DNA from: Eledone cirrhosa | Taxonomy: Eukaryota | Length of the DNA: 64,000 bases | Assembly: GCA_964016885.1 (NCBI GenBank) | Contig: OZ024741.1 | Coordinates: 407,836,001-407,900,000 of the forward strand | Direction: 5' to 3' | Shown: one piece after another, positions 1-11,479 of the stretch | Layout of the letters: the number at the start of each line of letters is the position of its first letter | How positions within the stretch are numbered: position 1 is the first letter of the stretch | Position numbers and translations under genes: made by a program | Notes under the pieces: generated by a model | The model's input: the letters and a program-made list of their open reading frames with translations, nothing else | Told to the model about the DNA's origin: nothing | Databases searched by the model: none

Positions 1-3000
1 AGTGTTGGTACTGGTGGTGTTGGTGGTAGTGTTGGTACTGGTGGTGTTGGTGGTAGTGTTGGTACTGGTAGTGTTGTTGGTAGTGTTGGTACTGGTAGTG
101 TTGTTGGTAGTGTTGGTATTGGTGGTGTTGGTGGTAGTGTTGGTACTGGTGGTGTTGGTGGTAGTGTTGGTACTGGTGGTGTTGGTGGTAGTGTTGGTAC
201 TGGTGGTGTTGGTGGTAGCGTTGGTACTGGTGGTGTTGGTGGTAGTGTTGGTACTGGTAGTGTTGTTGGTAGTGTTGGTACTGGTGGTGTTGGTGGTAGT
301 GTTGGTACTGGTGGTGTTGGTGGTAGTGTTGGTACTGGTGGTGTTGGTGGTAGTGTTGGTACTGGTAGTGTTGTTGGTAGTGTTGGTACTGGTAGTGTTG
401 TTGGTAGTGTTGGTATTGGTGGTGTTGGTGGTAGCGTTGGTACTGGTGGTGTTGGTGGTAGTGTTGGTACTGGTAGTGTTGTTGGTAGTGTTGGTATTGG
501 TGGTGTTGGTGGTAGTGTTGGTACTGGTGGTGTTGGTGGTAGTGTTGGTACTGGTGGTGTTGGTGGTAGTGTTGGTACTGGTGGTGTTGGTGGTAACGTT
601 GGTACTGGTAGTGTTGTTGGTAGTGTTGGTATTGGTGGTGTTGGTGGTAGCGTTGGTACTGGTGGTGTTGGTGGTAGTGTTGGTACTGGTAGTGTTGTTG
701 GTAGTGTTGGTATTGGTGGTGTTGGTGGTAGTGTTGGTACTGGTGGTGTTGGTGGTAGTGTTGGTACTGGTGGTGTTGGTGGTAGTGTTGGTACTGGTGG
801 TGTTGGTGGTAGCGTTGGTACTGGTGGTGTTGGTGGTAGTGTTGGTACTGGTAGTGTTGTTGGTAGTGTTGGTACTGGTGGTGTTGGTGGTAGTGTTGGT
901 ACTGGTGGTGTTGGTGGTAGTGTTGGTACTGGTGGTGTTGGTGGTAGTGTTGGTAATGGTGGTGATGGTGGTAGTGTTGGTATTGGTGGTGTTGGTGGTA
1001 GTGTTGGTATTAGTGGTGTTGGTGGTAGTGTTGGTACTGGTGGTGTTGGTGGTGGTGTTGGTACTGGTACTGGTGGTGTTGGTGGTAGTGTTGGAACTGG
1101 TACTGGTGGTGGTAGTGTTGGTATTGGTGGTGTTGGTGGTAGTGTTGGTACTGGTGGTGTTGGTGGTAGTGTTGGTACTGGTGGTGTTGGTGGTAGTGTT
1201 GGTACTGGTGGTGTTGGTGGTAGTGTTGGTACTGGTGGTGTTGGTGGTAGTGTTGGTACTGGTGGTGTTGGTGGTAGTGTTGGTACTGGTGGTGTTGGTG
1301 GTAGTGTTGGTACTGGTGGTGTTGGTGGTAGTGTTGGTACTGGTGGTGTTGGTGGTAGTGTTGGTACTGGTGGTGTTGGTGGTAGCGTTGGTACTGGTGG
1401 TGTTGGTGGTAGTGTTGGTACTGGTAGTGTTGTTGGTAGTGTTGGTACTGGTGGTGTTGTTGGTAGTGTTGGTACTGGTGGTGTTGGTGGTAGTGTTGGT
1501 ACAGGTGGTGTTGGTGGTAGTGTTGGTACTGGTGGTGTTGGTGGTAGTGTTGGTACTGGTAGTGTTGTTGGTAGTGTTGGTACTGGTGGTGTTGTTGGTA
1601 GTGTTGGTACTGGTGGTGTTGGTGGTAGTGTTGGTACAGGTGGTGTTGGTGGTAGTGTTGGTACTGGTGGTGTTGGTGGTAGTGTTGGTACTGGTAGTGT
1701 TGTTGGTAGTGTTGGTACTGGTACTGGTAGTGTTGGTGGTAGTGTTTGTACTTGTACTTGTGGTGTTGGTGGTAGTGTTGGTACTGGTACTGTTTGTGTT
1801 GGTGGTAGTGTTGGTACTGGTACTGGTGGTGTTGGTGGTAGTGTTGGTAGTGGTACTGGTGGTGTTGGTGGTAGTATCTGTACTGGTACTGGTGGTGTTG
1901 GTGGTAGTGTTGGTACTGGTGGTGTTGGTGGTACTGTTGGTACTGGTGGTGTTGGTGTTGGTGGTAGTGTTGATACTGGTGGTTATGGTGGTAGTGTTGG
2001 TACTGGTGGTGTTGGTGGTAGTGTTGGTACTGGTGGTGTTGGTGGTAGTGCTGGCACTGGTGGTGTTGGTGGTAGTGTTGGTACTGGTGGTGTTAGTGGT
2101 AGTGTTGGCACTGGTGGTGTTGGTGGTAGTGTTGGTACTGGTGGTGTTGGTGGTAGTGTTGGTACTGGTGGTGTTGGGGGTAGTGTTGGTACTGGTGGTG
2201 TTGGTGGTAGTGTTGGTACTGGTGGTGTTGGTGGTAGCGTTGGTACTGGTGGTGTTGGTGGTAGTGTTGGTACTGGTAGTGTTGTTGGTAGTGTTGGTAC
2301 TGGTGGTGTTGGTGGTAGTGTTGGTACTGGTGGTGTTGGTGGTAGTGTTGGTACTGGTGGTGTTGGTGGTAGTGTTGGTACTGGTAGTGTTGTTGGTAGT
2401 GTTGGTACTGGTAGTGTTGTTGGTAGTGTTGGTATTGGTGGTGTTGGTGGTAGTGTTGGTACTGGTGGTGTTGGTGGTAGTGTTGGTACTGGTGGTGTTG
2501 GTGGTAGTGTTGGTACTGGTGGTGTTGGTGGTAGCGTTGGTACTGGTGGTGTTGGTGGTAGTGTTGGTACTGGTAGTGTTGTTGGTAGTGTTGGTACTGG
2601 TGGTGTTGGTGGTAGTGTTGGTACTGGTGGTGTTGGTGGTAGTGTTGGTACTGGTGGTGTTGGTGGTAGTGTTGGTACTGGTAGTGTTGTTGGTAGTGTT
2701 GGTACTGGTAGTGTTGTTGGTAGTGTTGGTATTGGTGGTGTTGGTGGTAGCGTTGGTACTGGTGGTGTTGGTGGTAGTGTTGGTACTGGTAGTGTTGTTG
2801 GTAGTGTTGGTATTGGTGGTGTTGGTGGTAGTGTTGGTACTGGTGGTGTTGGTGGTAGTGTTGGTACTGGTGGTGTTGGTGGTAGTGTTGGTACTGGTGG
2901 TGTTGGTGGTAACGTTGGTACTGGTAGTGTTGTTGGTAGTGTTGGTATTGGTGGTGTTGGTGGTAGCGTTGGTACTGGTGGTGTTGGTGGTAGTGTTGGT

Positions 3001-3890
3001 ACTGGTAGTGTTGTTGGTAGTGTTGGTATTGGTGGTGTTGGTGGTAGTGTTGGTACTGGTGGTGTTGGTGGTAGTGTTGGTACTGGTGGTGTTGGTGGTA
3101 GTGTTGGTACTGGTGGTGTTGGTGGTAGCGTTGGTACTGGTGGTGTTGGTGGTAGTGTTGGTACTGGTAGTGTTGTTGGTAGTGTTGGTACTGGTGGTGT
3201 TGGTGGTAGTGTTGGTACTGGTGGTGTTGGTGGTAGTGTTGGTACTGGTGGTGTTGGTGGTAGTGTTGGTAATGGTGGTGATGGTGGTAGTGTTGGTATT
3301 GGTGGTGTTGGTGGTAGTGTTGGTATTAGTGGTGTTGGTGGTAGTGTTGGTACTGGTGGTGTTGGTGGTGGTGTTGGTACTGGTACTGGTGGTGTTGGTG
3401 GTAGTGTTGGAACTGGTACTGGTGGTGGTAGTGTTGGTATTGGTGGTGTTGGTGGTAGTGTTGGTACTGGTGGTGTTGGTGGTAGTGTTGGTACTGGTGG
3501 TGTTGGTGGTAGTGTTGGTACTGGTGGTGTTGGTGGTAGTGTTGGTACTGGTGGTGTTGGTGGTAGTGTTGGTACTGGTGGTGTTGGTGGTAGTGTTGGT
3601 ACTGGTGGTGTTGGTGGTAGTGTTGGTACTGGTGGTGTTGGTGGTAGTGTTGGTACTGGTGGTGTTGGTGGTAGTGTTGGTACTGGTGGTGTTGGTGGTA
3701 GCGTTGGTACTGGTGGTGTTGGTGGTAGTGTTGGTACTGGTAGTGTTGTTGGTAGTGTTGGTACTGGTGGTGTTGTTGGTAGTGTTGGTACTGGTGGTGT
3801 TGGTGGTAGTGTTGGTACAGGTGGTGTTGGTGGTAGTGTTGGTACTGGTGGTGTTGGTGGTAGTGTTGGTACTGGTAGTGTTGTTGGTAG
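1..3890. repeat. Higher-order duplication with 2316-bp offset (about 1-1575 matches about 2317-3890)
   Basis: Rare variants recur at a constant offset of 2316: AACGTT 595/2911, AATGGTGGTGAT 955/3271, GGAACT 1093/3409. Confidence 0.85.
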
Positions 3891-6800
3891 TGTTGGTACT
3901 GGTAGTGTTGTTGGTAGTGTTGGTATTGGTGGTGTTGGTGGTAGCGTTGGTACTGGTGGTGTTGGTGGTAGTGTTGGTACTGGTAGTCTTGTTGGTAGTG
4001 TTGGTATTGGTGGTGTTGGTGGTAGTGTTGGTACTGGTGGTGTTGGTGGTAGTGTTGGTACTGGTGGTGTTGGTGGTAGTGTTGGTACTGGTGGTGTTGG
4101 TGGTAGCGTTGGTACTGGTGGTGTTGGTGGTAGTGTTGGTACTGGTAGTGTTGTTGGTAGTGTTGGTACTGGTGGTGTTGGTGGTAGTGTTGGTACTGGT
4201 GGTGTTGGTGGTAGTGTTGGTACTGGTGGTGTTGGTGGTAGTGTTGGTAATGGTGGTGATGGTGTTAGTGTTGGTATTGGTGGTGTTGGTGGTAGTGTTG
4301 GTATTAGTGGTGTTGGTGGTAGCGTTGGTACTGGTGGTGTTGGTGGTAGTGTTGGTACTGGTAGTGTTGTTGGTAGTGTTGGTACTGGTGGTGTTGGTGG
4401 TAGTGTTGGTACTGGTGGTGTTGGTGGTGGTGTTGGTACTGATACTGGTGGTGTTGGTGGTAGTGTTGGTACTGGTGGTGTTGGTGGTAGTGTTGGAACT
4501 GGTACTGGTGGTGGTAGTGTTGGTATTGGTGGTGTTGGTGGTAGTGTTGGTACTGGTGGTGTTGGTGGTAGTGTTGGTACTGGTGGTGTTGGTGGTAGTG
4601 TTGGTACTGGTGGTGTTGGTGGTAGCCTTGGTACTGGTACTGGTGGTGTTGGTTGTAGTGTTGGTACTGGTGGTGTTGGTGTTAGTGTTGGCACTGGTGG
4701 TGTTGGTGGTAGTTTTGGTACTGGTGTTGTTGGTGGTAGTCTTGGCACTGGTGATGTTGGTGGTAGTGTTGGTACAGGTGATGTTGGTGGTAGTGTTGGT
4801 ATTGGTGGTGTTGGTGGTAGTGTTGGTACTGGTGGTGTTGGTGGTAGTGTTGGTACTGGTACTGGTGGTGTCGGTGTTAGTGTTGGTAAAAGTGGTGTTG
4901 GTGGTAGTGTTGGTATTGGTGGTGCCGGCGGTAGTGTTGGTATTGGTGGTGTTTGTGGTAGTGTTGGTACTGGTGGTGTTGGTGGTACTGTTGGTACAAT
5001 TGGTGTTGGTGGTAGTGTTGGTACTGGTGGTGTTGGTGGTAGTGTTGGTACAGGTGGTGTTGGTGGTAGTGTTGGTATTGGTGGTGTTGGTGGTAGTGTT
5101 GGTACTGGTGGTGTTGGTGGTAGTGTTGGAACTGGTACTGGTGGTGTTGGCGGTAGTGTTGGTACTGGTGGTGTTGGTGGTAGTGTTGGTACTGGTACTG
5201 GGGGTGTTCGTGGTAGTGTTGGTACAAGTGGTGTTGGTGGTAGTGTTGGTATTGGTGGTGCCGGCGGTAGTGTTGGTATTGGTGGTGTTTGTGGTAGTGT
5301 TGGTACTGGTGGTGTTGGTGGTAGTGTTGGTACTGGTAGTGTTGGTGGTACTGTTGGTACTGGTACTGGTGGTGTTGGTGGTACTGTTGGTACAATTGGT
5401 GTTGGTGGTAGTGTTGGTACTGGTGGTGTTGGTGGTAGTGTTGGTACAGGTGGTGTTGGTGGTAGTGTTGGTATTAGTGGTGTTGGTGGTAGTGTTGGTA
5501 CTGGTGGTGTTGGTGGTAGTGTTGGTTCTGGTGGTGTTGGTGGTAGTGTTGGTACTGGTGGTGTTGGTGGTAGTGTTGTTACTCGTACTGGTGGTGTTGG
5601 TGGTAGTGTTGGTACTGGTGGTGTTGGTGGTAGTGTTGCTACTGGTACTGGTGGTGTTGGTGGTAGTGTTGGTACTGGTACTGGTAGTGTTGGTGGTTGT
5701 GTTGGTACTGGTGGTGTTGGTGGTAGTGTTGGTACTGGTAGTGTTGGTGGTAGTGTTGGTATTGGTGGTGTTGGTGGTAGTGATGTTACAGTTGGTGTTG
5801 GTGGTAGTGTTGGTACTGGTACTGGTGGTGTTGGTGGTAGTGTTGGTACAGGTGGTAGTGTTGGTATTGGTGGTGTTGGTGGTAGTTTTGGTACAGGTGG
5901 TGTTGGTGGTAGTGTTGGTATTGGTGGTGTTGGTGGTAGTCTTGGTACTGATGGTGGAGGTGGTAGTGTTGGTATTGGTGGTGTTGGTGGTAGTGTTGGT
6001 ACTGGTGGTGTTGGTGGTAGTGTTGGTACTGGTGGTGTTGGTGGTAGTGTTGGTATTGGTGGTGTTGGTGGTAGTTTTGGTACAGGTGGTGTTGGTGGTA
6101 GTGTTGGTATTGGTGGTGTTGGTGGTAGTGTTGGTACTGGTGGTGTTGGTGGTAGTGTTGGTACTGGTGGTGTTGGTGGTAGTGTTGGTATTGGTGGTGT
6201 TGGTGGTAGTGTTGGTACTGGTGGTGTTGGTGGTAGTGTCGGTACTGGTGGTGTTGGTGGTAATGTTGGTATTGGTGGTGTTGGTGGTAGTGTTGGTACA
6301 GTTGGTGTTGGTATTGGTGGTGTTGGTGGTAGTGTTGGTACTGGTGGTTTGGTGGTAATATAGGTACAGGTGGTGTTGGTGGTAGTGTTGTTACTGGTGG
6401 TGGTGGTGGTAGTGTTGGTACTGGTGGTGTTGGTGGTAGTGTTGGTACTGGTGGTGTTGGTGGTGGTGTTGGTAGTAGTTTTGGTACTGGTTGTGTTGGT
6501 GTTGGTGGTGTTTGTGGTAGTGTAGGTACTGGTGGTGTTGGTGCTGGTGGTAGTGTTGGTACTGGTGGTTTTGTTGGTATTCTTGGTACTGGTGGTGTTG
6601 GTGTTGGTGGTAGTGTTGGTACTGGTGGTGTTGGTTGTAGCTGGTACTGGTGGTGTCGGTGGTAGTGTTGGTACTGGTGGTGATGGTGGTAGCGTTGGTA
6701 CTGGTGGCGTTGGTTATAGTGTTGGTACTGGTTGTGTTGGTGGTAGTGTTTGTAGTGGTAGTGTTGGTACTGGTACTGGTAGTGTTGGTACTGGTGGTGT

Positions 6801-9800
6801 TGGTACTGGTGGTGTTGGTGGTAGTGTTGGTACTGGTGGTGTTGGTGGTAATGTTGTTACTGGTGGTGTTGGTGCTAGTGGTAGTGTTGTTACTGGTGGT
6901 GTTGGTGGTATTGTTAGTACAAGTGGTGTTGGTGGAAGTTGGTACTGGTGGTGATGGTGGTAGTGTTGGTACTGGTGGTGTTGGTGTTGGTGGTATTGTT
7001 GGTACTGGTGCTGTTGGTACTGGTGGTATTGGAGTTGGTGGTAGTGTTGTTACTGGTGGTGTTGGTGGTAATGGTAGCACAAGTGGTGTTGGTGGTAGTG
7101 TTGGTACCGGTGGTGTTGGTGGAAGAGGGTACTGGTGGTGTTGGTGGTAGTGTTGGTACTGGTGGTGTTGCTGTTAGTGCTGGTACTGGTGGTGTTGGTT
7201 GTAGTGTTTATACTGGTGGTGTTGGTTGTAGTGTTTATACTGGTGGTTTTGGTGGTAGTGTTGGTACTGGTGGTGTTGGAGGTAGTGTTGGTACTGGTAG
7301 TGTTGGTTGTAGTGTTGGTACTGGTGGTGTTGGTGGTAGTATTGTTACTGGTGGTGTTGGTGCTAGTTTTGGTTCTGGTGGTGTTGGTAGTAGTGTTGGT
7401 ACTGGTGGTGTATGTGGAAGATGGTACTGGTGGTGTTGGTGGTAGTGTTGGTACTGGTAGTGTTGGTGGTAGTTGGTATTGGTGGTGTTGGTGTTGGTGG
7501 TAGTGTTGGTACTGGTGGTGTTGGTGGTAGTGTTTATACTGGTGGTGTTGGTGGTAGTGTTGGTACTGGTGTGTTGGTGTTAGTGTTGGTACTGGTGGTG
7601 TTGGTGGTAGTGTTTATACTGGTAGTGTTGGCGGTAGTGATGGTACTGGTGGTTTTGGTGGTAGTGTTGGTACTGGTGGTGTTGGTGGTAGTGTTGTTAC
7701 TGGTGGTGTTGGTGGTAGTGTTGGTACTGGTGGTGTTGTTGGTAGAGTTGGTACTGGTGGTGTTGGTGGTAGTGTTGGTATTGGCGGTGTTGGTGGTAGT
7801 GTTGGTACTGGTGGTGTTGGTGGTATTGTTGGTACTGGTGGTGTTGGTGGTAGTGTCGGTACTGGTGGTGTTGGTTGTAGTGTTGGTACTGATGGTTTTG
7901 GTGGTAGTGTTGGTATTGTTGGTGTTGGTGGTAGTGATGTTAATGGTGGTGTTGCTGGTTGTGTTGTTGCTGGTGGCGTTGGTGGTAGTGTTGGTGGTAG
8001 TGTTGATACTGGTGGTGTTGGTGTTGGTGGTAGTGTTGGTATTGGTGGTGTTGGTGGTAGTTGGTACTGGTGGTGTTGGTGGTAGTGTTGGTATTGGTGG
8101 TGTTGGTGGTAGTGTTGGTACTGGTGGTGTTGGTGGTGGTGTTGGTGGTAGTGTTGGTACTGTTACTGGTGGTGTTGGAGGTAGTGTTGTTACTGGTGGT
8201 GATGGTGGTAGTGTTGGTACAGGTGGTGATGCTGGTAGTGTTGGTACTGGTGGTGTTGGTGGTAGTGTTGGTACTGGTGGTGTTGGTGGTAGTGTTGGTA
8301 TTGGTGGTGGTGGTGGTGGTAGTGTTGGTACTGGTGGTGTTGGTGCTGGTGGTAGTGTTGGTACTGGTGGTTTTGTTGGTATTCTTGGTACTGGTGGTGT
8401 TGGTGTTGGTGGTAGTGTTGGTACTGGTGGTGTTGGTTGTAGCTGGTACTGGTGGTGTCGGTGGTAGTGTTGGTACTGGTGGTGATGGTGGTAGCGTTGG
8501 TACTGGTGGTGTTGGTTATAGTGTTGGTACTGGTTGCATTGGTGGTACTGTTTGTAGTGGTAGTGTTGGTACTGGTACTGGTAGTGTTGGTACTGGTGGT
8601 GTTGGTGGTAGTGTTGGTACTGGTGGTGTTGGTGGTAGTGTTGGTACTGGTGGTGTTGGTGGTAATGTTGTTACTGGTGGTGTTGGTGGTAGTGTTGGTA
8701 CTGGTGGTGGTGGTGGTGGTAGTGTTGGTACTGGTGGTGTTGGTGGTAGTGTTGGTACTAGTGGTGTTGGTGGTAGTGTTGGTACTGGTAGTGTTGGTGG
8801 TAGAGTTGGTACTGGTGGTGTTGTTGGTAGTGTTGGTACTGGTGGTGTTGGTGGTAGTGTTGGTACTGGTGGTGCTGGTGTTGGTGGTAGTGTTGGTACT
8901 GGTGGTGTTGGTGGTACTGTTGGTACTGGTGGTGTTGGTGGTAGTGTTGCTACTGGTGGTGTTGGTGGTAGTGTTGTTACTGGTTGTGTTGGTGGTACTG
9001 TTGGTACTGGTGGTGTTGGTGGTAGTGTTGGTACTGGTGGTGTTGGTGGTAGTGTTGATACTGGTAGTGTTGGTGGTAGTGTTGGTACTGGTAGTGTTGG
9101 TGGTAGTGTCGGTACTGGTGGTGTTGGTGGTAGTGTTGGTACTGGTGGTGTTAGTGGTAGTTGGTACTGGTGGTGTTGGTGGTGGTGTTGGTACTGGTGG
9201 TGTTGGTGGTAGTTTGTACTAGTGGTGTTTGTGGCAGTGTTGTTACTGGTGGTGATGGTTGAAGTGTTGGTATTGGTGGTGTTGGTGGTAGTGTTGGTAC
9301 TGGTGGTGTTGGTGCTAGTGGTAGTGTTGTTACTGGTGGTGTTGGTGGTATTGTTAGTACAAGTGGTGTTGGTGGAAGTTGGTACTGGTGGTGTTGGTGG
9401 TAGTTGGTATTGGTGGTGATGGTGGTAGTGTTGGTACTGGTGGTGTTGGTGGTAGTGTTGTTACTGGTACTGGTGTGTTTGGTGGTAGTGTTGGTACTGG
9501 TGGTGTTGGTGTTGGTGGTATTGTTGGTACTGGTGCTGTTGGTACTGGTGGTATTGGAGTTGGTGGTAGTGTTGTTACTGGTGGTGTTGGTGGTAATGGT
9601 AGTACAAGTGGTGTTGGTGGTAGTGTTGGTACCGGTGGTGTTGGTGGAAGAGGGTACTGGTGGTGTTGGTGGTAGTGTTGGTACTGGTGGTGTTGGTGGT
9701 AGTGTTGTTACAGGTGGTGTTGGTGGTAGTGTTGTTACTGGTGGTGTTGGTTGTGGTGTTTATACTGGTGGTTTTGGTGGTAGTGTTGGTACTGGTGGTG

Positions 9801-11345
9801 TTGGAGGTAGTGTTGGTACTGGTAGTGTTGGTTGTAGTGTTGGTACTGGTGGTGTTGGTGGTAGTATTGTTACTGGTGGTGTTGGTGCTAGTTTTGGTTC
9901 TGGTGGTGTTGGTAGTAGTGTTGGTACTGGTGGTGTATGTGGAAGATGGTACTGGTGGTGTTGGTGGTAGTGTTGGTACTGGTAGTGTTGGTGGTAGTTG
10001 GTATTGGTGGTGTTGGTGTTGGTGGTAGTGTTGGTACTGGTGGTGTTGGTGGTAGTGTTTATACTGGTGGTGTTGGTGGTAGTGTTGGTACTGGTGTGTT
10101 GGTGTTAGTGTTGGTACTGGTTGTGTTGGTGGTAGTGTTTATACTGGTAGTGTTGGCGGTAGTGATGGTACTGGTGGTTTTGGTGGTAGTGTTGGTACTG
10201 GTGTTGTTGGTGGTAGTGTTGTTACTGGTGGTGTTGGTGGTAGTGTTGGTACTGGTGGTGTTGTTGGTAGAGTTGGTACTGGTGGTGTTGGTGGTAGTGT
10301 TGGTATTGGCGGTGTTGGTGGTAGTGTTGGTACTGGTGGTGTTGGTGGTATTGTTGGTACTGGTGGTGTTGGTGGTAGTGTCGGTACTGGTGGTGTTGGT
10401 GGTAGTGTTGGTACTGGTAGTGTTGGTGGTAGTGTTGGTACTGGTGGTGTTGGTGGTAGTGTTGTTACTGGTGGTGTTGGTGGTAGTGTTGGTACTGGTG
10501 GTGTTGGGGGGTAGTGTTGGTAAAGGTGGTGTTGGTGGTAGTGTTGGTACTGGTAGTGTTGGTGGTAGTGTTGGTACAGGTGGTATTGGGCGTAGTGTTT
10601 GTACTGGTGGTGTTGGTGGTAGTGTTGGTACTGGTGGTGTTGGTGGTAATGTTGTTTCTGGTGGTGTTGGTGGTAGTGTTGTTACTCGTGGTGTCGGTGG
10701 TAGTGTTGGTACTGGTGGTGGTGTTGGTGGTAGTGTTGGTACTGGTGGTGTTGGTGGTAGTGTTGGTACTGGTTGTGTTGGTGGTAGTGTTGGTACTGGT
10801 AGTGTTGGTGGTAGAGTTGGTACTGGTGGTGTTGTTGGTAGTGTTGGTACTGGTGGTGTTGGTGGTAGTGTTGGTACTGGTGGTGTTGGTGTTGGTGGTA
10901 GTGTTGGTACTGGTGGTGTTGGTGGTACTGTTGGTACTGGTGGTGTTGGTGGTAGTGTTGGTACTGGTGGTGTTGGTGGTAGTGTTGTTACTGGTTGTGT
11001 TGGTGGTACTGTTGGTACTGGTGGTGTTGGTGGTAGTGTTGGTACTGGTGGTGTTGGTGGTAGTGTTGGTACTGGTAGTGTTGGTGGTAGTGTTGGTACT
11101 GGTAGTGTTGGTGGTAGTGTCGGTACGGGTGGTGTTGGTGGTAGCGTTGGTACTGGTGGTGTTGGTGGTAGTGTTAGTACAAGTGGTGTTGATGGTAGTG
11201 TTGGTACTGGTGGTGCTGGTGGTAGTGTTGTTACTGGTGGTGTTGGTGGTAGTGTTACTACAAGTGGTGTTGGTGGAAGTTGGTACTGGTGGTGTTGGTG
11301 GTAGTGTTGGTACTGGTGGTGTTAGTGGTAGTTGGTACTGGTGGT
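1700..11345. repeat. Large higher-order block A, copy 1 (about 9.6 kb)
   Basis: It has the same ordered series of rare variants and frameshifts as about 23185-32937. Marker TGTACTTGTACTTGT is at 1747/23233 (offset 21486). ORF pairs 4877..5395/26309..26827, 6391..7080/27823..28512 and 7412..8467/28844..29899 have offset 21432. ORF pair 9937..11304/31529..32896 has offset 21592. Confidence 0.92.
6520..10395. repeat. Older internal duplications inside block A (about 6520-6800 matches 8322-8600; about 6960-7870 matches 9485-10395)
   Basis: ORF starts 6650/8452 have offset 1802, and 7135/9660 and 7412/9937 have offset 2525. Shared markers include TGTAGCTGGTACT, GGAAGAGGGTACT and GTATGTGGAAGATGG. 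Both duplications are also present in copy 2 of block A. Confidence 0.85.
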
Positions 11346-11479
11346 GTTGGTGATTGTGTTGGTACTGGTACTGGTAGTGTTGGTGGTTGTGTTGGTACTG
11401 GTGGTGTTGGTGGTAGTGTTGGTATTGGTGGTGTTGGTGGTAGTGTTGGTACTGGTACTGGTGGTGTTGGTGGTAGTGT

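Noticed and set aside
1983-4748. Minus-strand PTLPPTPPV ORFs as extensin or proline-rich proteins
   Set aside because: There is no signal peptide or unique sequence. The common GTTTATACT and GGTTAT variants create TAA stops in this frame.
2-6358. 2118-aa poly-Val/Leu ORF and all similar + strand V/L ORFs as membrane proteins
   Set aside because: They are a by-product of a stop-free repeat. They mostly start at GTG/TTG/CTG, have no domains, and switch frame at indels. Thousands of uninterrupted hydrophobic residues are implausible.
6543-6550. E. coli Chi site GCTGGTGG (exact here and at scattered variants; ACTGGTGG is a 7/8 match in every monomer)
   Set aside because: Such matches are expected by chance in a (GGT)n-derived repeat. 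Chi is RecBCD- and taxon-specific, and nothing indicates an enterobacterial source.
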